From: Takakia lepidozioides
Taxonomy: Eukaryota > Plantae > Bryophyta
Direction: 5' to 3'
Assembly (NCBI GenBank): GCA_030704615.1
Contig: CM060733.1
Location: forward strand, 35,402,001 to 35,466,000
DNA: 64,000 nucleotides
The notes under the pieces are model-generated. The model saw nothing but the letters and a program-made list of their open reading frames with translations, had not been told where the DNA came from and did no database searches. Numbering within the stretch: the first letter of the stretch is position 1; every line of letters starts with the position of its first letter. A program made the translations under genes and the position numbers. Shown piece by piece: positions 58,831 through 64,000 of this stretch.

Positions 58831-61701
58831 ACACTATAAGGCTCTAGTACTAATCTAATAGTGACACGGGTGGCACCTGTTGCAGTTTAAGGGTCATATC
58901 CCAATGGCTCAGGACACCTGCACCTGCATCCACCGCAAGAACTCCTATGGTTGGCTGGTCATCAACCCAGCCTCACCATAGAAGAAACACTGGTGGTCTT
59001 GCTGGTCATCACTCCAGCCTCACCACCGACAACATACTCTAGGATTGACCGGTGATCAAATCCGGCCTAATCCCTATGAAAGCAAGCGCCCACACAAAAC
59101 CAACATGGCGCACAGTCAAGCATGCAGGTGTTGGGGGGATCCAAACACAAGAAATCAAAACATCAACACCCACACCAAAATCCAGCTGCAATGCTGATCC
59201 TGCAGAATAGCCCAGCCCAAACCCCGGACTGACTGGCCTCCACCAAGAGAGGCTTTGGCAACTACAAGTACAAGGTAATGAAAATAGTACAGAGATGGAG
59301 GGAAGAATAGAAGCCCGACCAAGCAAGATCTAATCCTGATCTATGCTATCAACTGCCAGACTTCTCTCAAAGTGCCTCGCTCTGCATGATGGTAAGGTGT
59401 AGGAGGTATATCTATGTCCAGAAACCTGCCACTAACCTTGTCCCAAGCTACAGTAGCTCGCTCTAACCAACCCTCCTTCTCTTTCTCCCAGGTAGAGACA
59501 AAGCAATACTCCCCTATCTCCCGCTCACTGAATACTAAAGAAAACAAAGGTAGGGTCTGATAGTCTCTCAACTCGAAAGCTTTGAGACGGTTGCGGGTGT
59601 CCTCATTGCGAATGACTGCATCTCTTTCACGCACAACAAACATGTCATTGCTGATGAACCCCCGCTCGTGGTTGCCCTGTGCAGAGCGTATCCGGCTGCA
59701 ACCATGTCTGATTGCACAAACTTGTGTAGCTCCTGCTCCTCTGCTCCAGTACACCACGGCCTTGTGGCTGAACACCTTGGTCCCCGGGGCTGTCTTTGGC
59801 TGTGTTCCAAGCCTAGCTTTCACCCACTTTGGTATTTCACCTATAGCTGCAAAACTGCTGGCTCCAACAGAGTTCTAACTGTCCAAGGCGATATTGAGGC
59901 CCTCAACGCCAACTACAGCAGTTTGTTGTCCACTACTAATGCCTGACTCCCAGTATGCAATCAACTCGTCCAACTGTTCTCCACTCAAATCAGTCTGAGT
60001 TCCTTGGAAACATAAATCTTGTCCCCTTTGGTGCACAGGCTAAAGAGAAGAGACCTGCCCTTCAATCACGTCCTCATTTCCCCCAGCCATACAAGGAGTA
60101 CATCCCCAGATTTATCTCTCATGTAGACCAGAACAGGTTCTAGAAACAGGATTGTGGATCTTTCATGGCACACTCACACTCTAAAAATCCATAGATTTTA
60201 GCAGAGTCCCAAAAACAAAAACCAGTCTAGATAGGTAGATTTCCCCTTTTCTGCAGCTATCCCCCCAAAAACTGGATCAATCAGAGTCCACTTGACAAAG
60301 ATATGACCAATTAGGCTCTAAATCATTGAAATTAGATCAAAAGTTTTTTTTTTTTTTTTTTTTTTAAAAATAAATAAAATTTTAACACCAAAACGTTATC
60401 GCCATTAAACGCTGTTCCCACGTTATCTTAACAGGTTCCAAACGTGTTCATGTAGTTCTCACCACAGACTCCCTGGATTTCACCTACAGTGTTTTCGAAC
60501 ATACACCGGCGAACTTCTCTGCATCTCGCAAGCTGGCTGCTCAAGTCCATGGCCCGCCTTGGATTACAATTCGTACTGATTCCTCCCATGCAGCCAACGC
60601 TACTTCTATGGATGCTTCCTAGCGAAGATGTCCGATAGAAGATGTCGCGTACACGTCAGCGATTACATCTGTCTGACAAGCACTTCTTTGCAACAAAACA
60701 GGCATACCAAACCCGCTCGACATGGAATATGGCAATGGACAGGGTGGGCCACTACCCAAACACTCATGCCGCTCCCCTGGCTGGCAGCTGCCTGAATAAC
60801 AAACGCGCTTCTAGCACGATCAACAGTGATATGGGTAGCTCTTACTCTGACCCCAAGAAGTCACAAGGAGTTGCTCCAGATCTGTCACATATGCACCCCC
60901 AACTCATTTTCTACGCGCCAACTGTGGATGGGCTATCCTGCCCTCGAGGAACATGCCCACGATGCGCAATTGCCCTTCTTCACGGAAACAAGGACAACGG
61001 CAGAGCTTCAGAAGTTGGGCCTTCGGGCCTCAGAAATTCACAAAATGCGCCACTGCCTCAAGGCCTTCCCTCACGTCCCACAACTAATCTTCCCTGCTGT
61101 TAGACCAGATGGGAAAGATGGGCAGCTGTACCCACTCACCCAGCTTCCAAAGGGCATGAACGTCGACCCCGAATCGGGCAGTCGAGCTGCTGAACCCGAC
61201 CACTGACGGGATCGCGCTGCTCAAGAACAACAGGGTCTTTGTTATGGAGATGGCTTCCGGGATCAGGCTGCAAGGTAAAATTGAAAGGGCCTTTGACGTG
61301 CTGGCATCCCCGGACTACCTCTCTCTTGACTTGAACAGTGAGACACTGCTGGGCACCATCCGTTACAAGCTCACAATGCACTTCTTCATGGAAGCGTACT
61401 ACCACGGTGACGAGTTCGAAATGAACGTACACTGACAACAAAATTGTTTTATCTACTTAGCTTCCGTGGATACACAAACGCATGCTGGAAATGGAAGTCC
61501 GCATCGACCACACCCTCATCAGGCCGCAGCTGCGTACCCGCTGAGGCAGCCCGACAGGTCTTGCCGCCACCCCCAGGAGATAGTGGCAGAGAGGGATGCA
61601 CTTACGCTGGTTGTAAACAGCTTGGACCCGCTGCATTCCCAGGAGGTTACAGAAGCTGCTCTCAGGGATGCCTCCGGCAAAGATAACATCATTCAAGTCT
61701 A

Positions 61702-62091
<390 letters not shown>

Positions 62092-62529
62092 CTATATTAT
62101 AATAGTGCTTAAAAAAAACAAAAACATCATATCTAGCTTAGCACTAGAAAACTAGATAGAGGTCATCTCTCTCGAGTGATAAGGAAACCAACGAACACAC
62201 TGTTGACACAAGAAATATGAAATCCATCGCTATCACTCTTTAAAACAGAAGTCGAGCCAGGGGCACCCCAAGCTGTGCGGACTCCACCCCACAACAACCT
62301 ACACTCCCATCATGAGCACACTCAGTCCTAAACGATGCAGGAGCTCGGTCGCGCAGGCTCAACTTGAGAGAGATGAGCTGCGCGACTGCCGCTCTCGTGA
62401 AGATAAGACGGACCAGGTGTCAAACTAAACTTGACACCTGATTTAACACTTGACCTAAATCCAAGTGTTAAATACAAATAACTAGTTTTATTCTAGCTGT
62501 TTTCACACTGTGCTTATTTAACTTGACAC

Positions 62530-62742
62530 CCTGAACGGCAATAGGGCCTGGAACTGGAAAATGGCGCCGAATTTCCAGTTCCGGGCCAGCCAGTCTAGGG
62601 ACTTACCCGAAAATGGCCAAGTCCCTGAACGGCAATAGGGCCTAGAACTGGAGAATGGCGCCGAATTTCTAGTTCAAGGCCAGCCAGTCTAGGGACTTAG
62701 CCAATTTCGGAGCCCTGACTGGAAATTCGGCGCCATTTTCCC
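62530..62742. repeat. ~92-bp duplication with GGCGCC-centred palindromes related to the family-A motif
   Basis: GGCCTGGAACTGGAAAATGGCGCCGAATTTCCAGTTCCGGGCC occurs at ~62546 and as a variant at ~62639. An inverted copy GGAAATTCGGCGCCATTTTCC lies at 62721. Confidence 0.75.
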
Positions 62743-62809
62743 TAACACCACATGAGGCTTCTAACATCCTGAAATGCAAGGACTTGAAAGAAAGGCAGCG
62801 CGTATGTAC

Positions 62810-63910
62810 CTGTAGAGAAGGCACATTGCTGCTTTGTCCGCGTTTGGCTGGTCGGTGAACTCGTGGCTCCGGCGAGCATCTGCTATCTCCCGAAAGAATA
62901 GGTTGGTTGTTAGAGCAGAAAGTACCTCGTCACATAGTCACGTAGGCTCTCTGCTGCAGGAGATATCTCCATCTTGAACTGATGTGCTTGTGTGTCCAGC
63001 TGCTCTTGCGCATTCGTCGTCACCTGTGGAGATTCTCCATCAGATCGCTTTCCTGAAAAAATACAATGAATCCACCCCCTACTAGAGTAGAAGCCCCAAA
63101 CGAAGCGTGGGAAGTACCTGAAACCACCATGTCATGCGGTTCATCCACATGTCGAATGTGGGGTCAGAGAGTTTGTCCGGTTTGGGGGAAGCTCCACATG
63201 TCCCTGGTACTTTGGGAACCATTCCAGATTTGGAGCCACCGGGTCTGTCCAACCACCCAGCATATTCGTAAGCGCCAAACACAACAAAAAGGAGTTGTTG
63301 CCACCACAATTTGGTTAAGAATGTATCACCTTTTCTGTTGCATCCACACAGGATGTGGCTGGACGATGGAGCTTCTCCAATGTCATCGTGGGCTTCAGAG
63401 CGCGAGAGTAGTGCTTCCCCACCTCCACCAGAAAGTCGGCACCAAGGGCGGGATCAAGTATGGCCACGTACTTTACCATCCGCGACTTGTACTTTATGCG
63501 GGTCCTCACCTCCGCAGCTTTGACATACGATTCGAGTTCCGGGAGGGTTGGATTCTTCTCCTCTGACTCCATGTAGAACCTCCGCGCATGTGCCAAATCT
63601 TGTTGTATTTTCGTCTGTCAAGAATGCGCACATAAGATTAGAGATCCTGCTCAACACAATTTCTTCTATTGGGGGAGGAGAGACAAATTAGCTCAACAAA
63701 ACTGTCAGGAGCTTTACCCGAAATATGTAGTCCACCATGGCGTCGACGCTCAGCCTATACCAGGTTCTGTCTGCCTTTGCCTCCGACTTGCGCAGGAGGT
63801 CGGCACTGAGGGAATTGGCAAACTCTTGCACCCCCTGCTTCCCGACATCCTTCACTCGGAAGAGCATATGGGACAAGTTGGTGGCAATGAAGGCATTCTC
63901 AGCCACCCTG
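62810..63910 (-). pseudogene. Central exons of another homologue of the ParB-MTase gene (family C), probably continuing beyond the window end
   Basis: VAENAFIATNLSHMLFRV...DRTWYRL, AHARRFYMES...KYKSRMVK, TRWLQIWN...MWMNRMTWWFQ and VTTNAQEQ...DYVTR match exons 2-5 of 7989-12931. There is a frameshift and a stop. Confidence 0.85.
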
Positions 63911-64000
63911 CAGTGCCACATTTCCATCAAACAATACTGACATGGGAATTTTCATCATATATGAGGATTCGCAATGAAATGACTTCCAAATTCAAAGTCC

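Overview
Land-plant genomic DNA (probably a non-seed plant, by inference), mostly nested transposons, with one apparently intact host gene, a CYP716-like P450 (51557-55181, minus). The main feature is a complete 16.5-kb Mutator-like DNA transposon (4774-21275). It has imperfect TIRs and a perfect 9-bp TSD (TTGTTGCCC), and it splits an older ORF that rejoins in frame when the element is removed. It carries (i) a GCM/WRKY-type zinc finger + MULE DDE + SWIM transposase; (ii) a divergent, phase-consistent 9-exon gene (~1370 aa) fusing a ParB/Srx-like domain (WDGNHR) to a beta-class N4C/N6A DNA methyltransferase-like domain; (iii) two divergent paralogous orphan ORFs; and (iv) about 45 copies of one 22-bp palindrome (GGAAATGCGGCGCCGCATTTCC), found only in non-coding DNA, including introns and a ~32-copy array with a 53-bp period. 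Three degenerate relatives of the ParB/MTase gene lie elsewhere in the window. Two of them sit next to their own palindromic repeats (116-bp and 42-bp periods; a 92-bp duplication). The proposed system is a transposon-encoded ParB-methyltransferase plus cognate palindromic sites, analogous to VANDAL/VANC anti-silencing; this is inference. Also present: a Pack-MULE carrying an intron-containing RPL32 fragment nested in another MULE transposase, Copia and Gypsy remnants, FCP1-like, PPR and MDAR gene fragments, and a 500-N gap. All family assignments come from motif recognition, not database searches.
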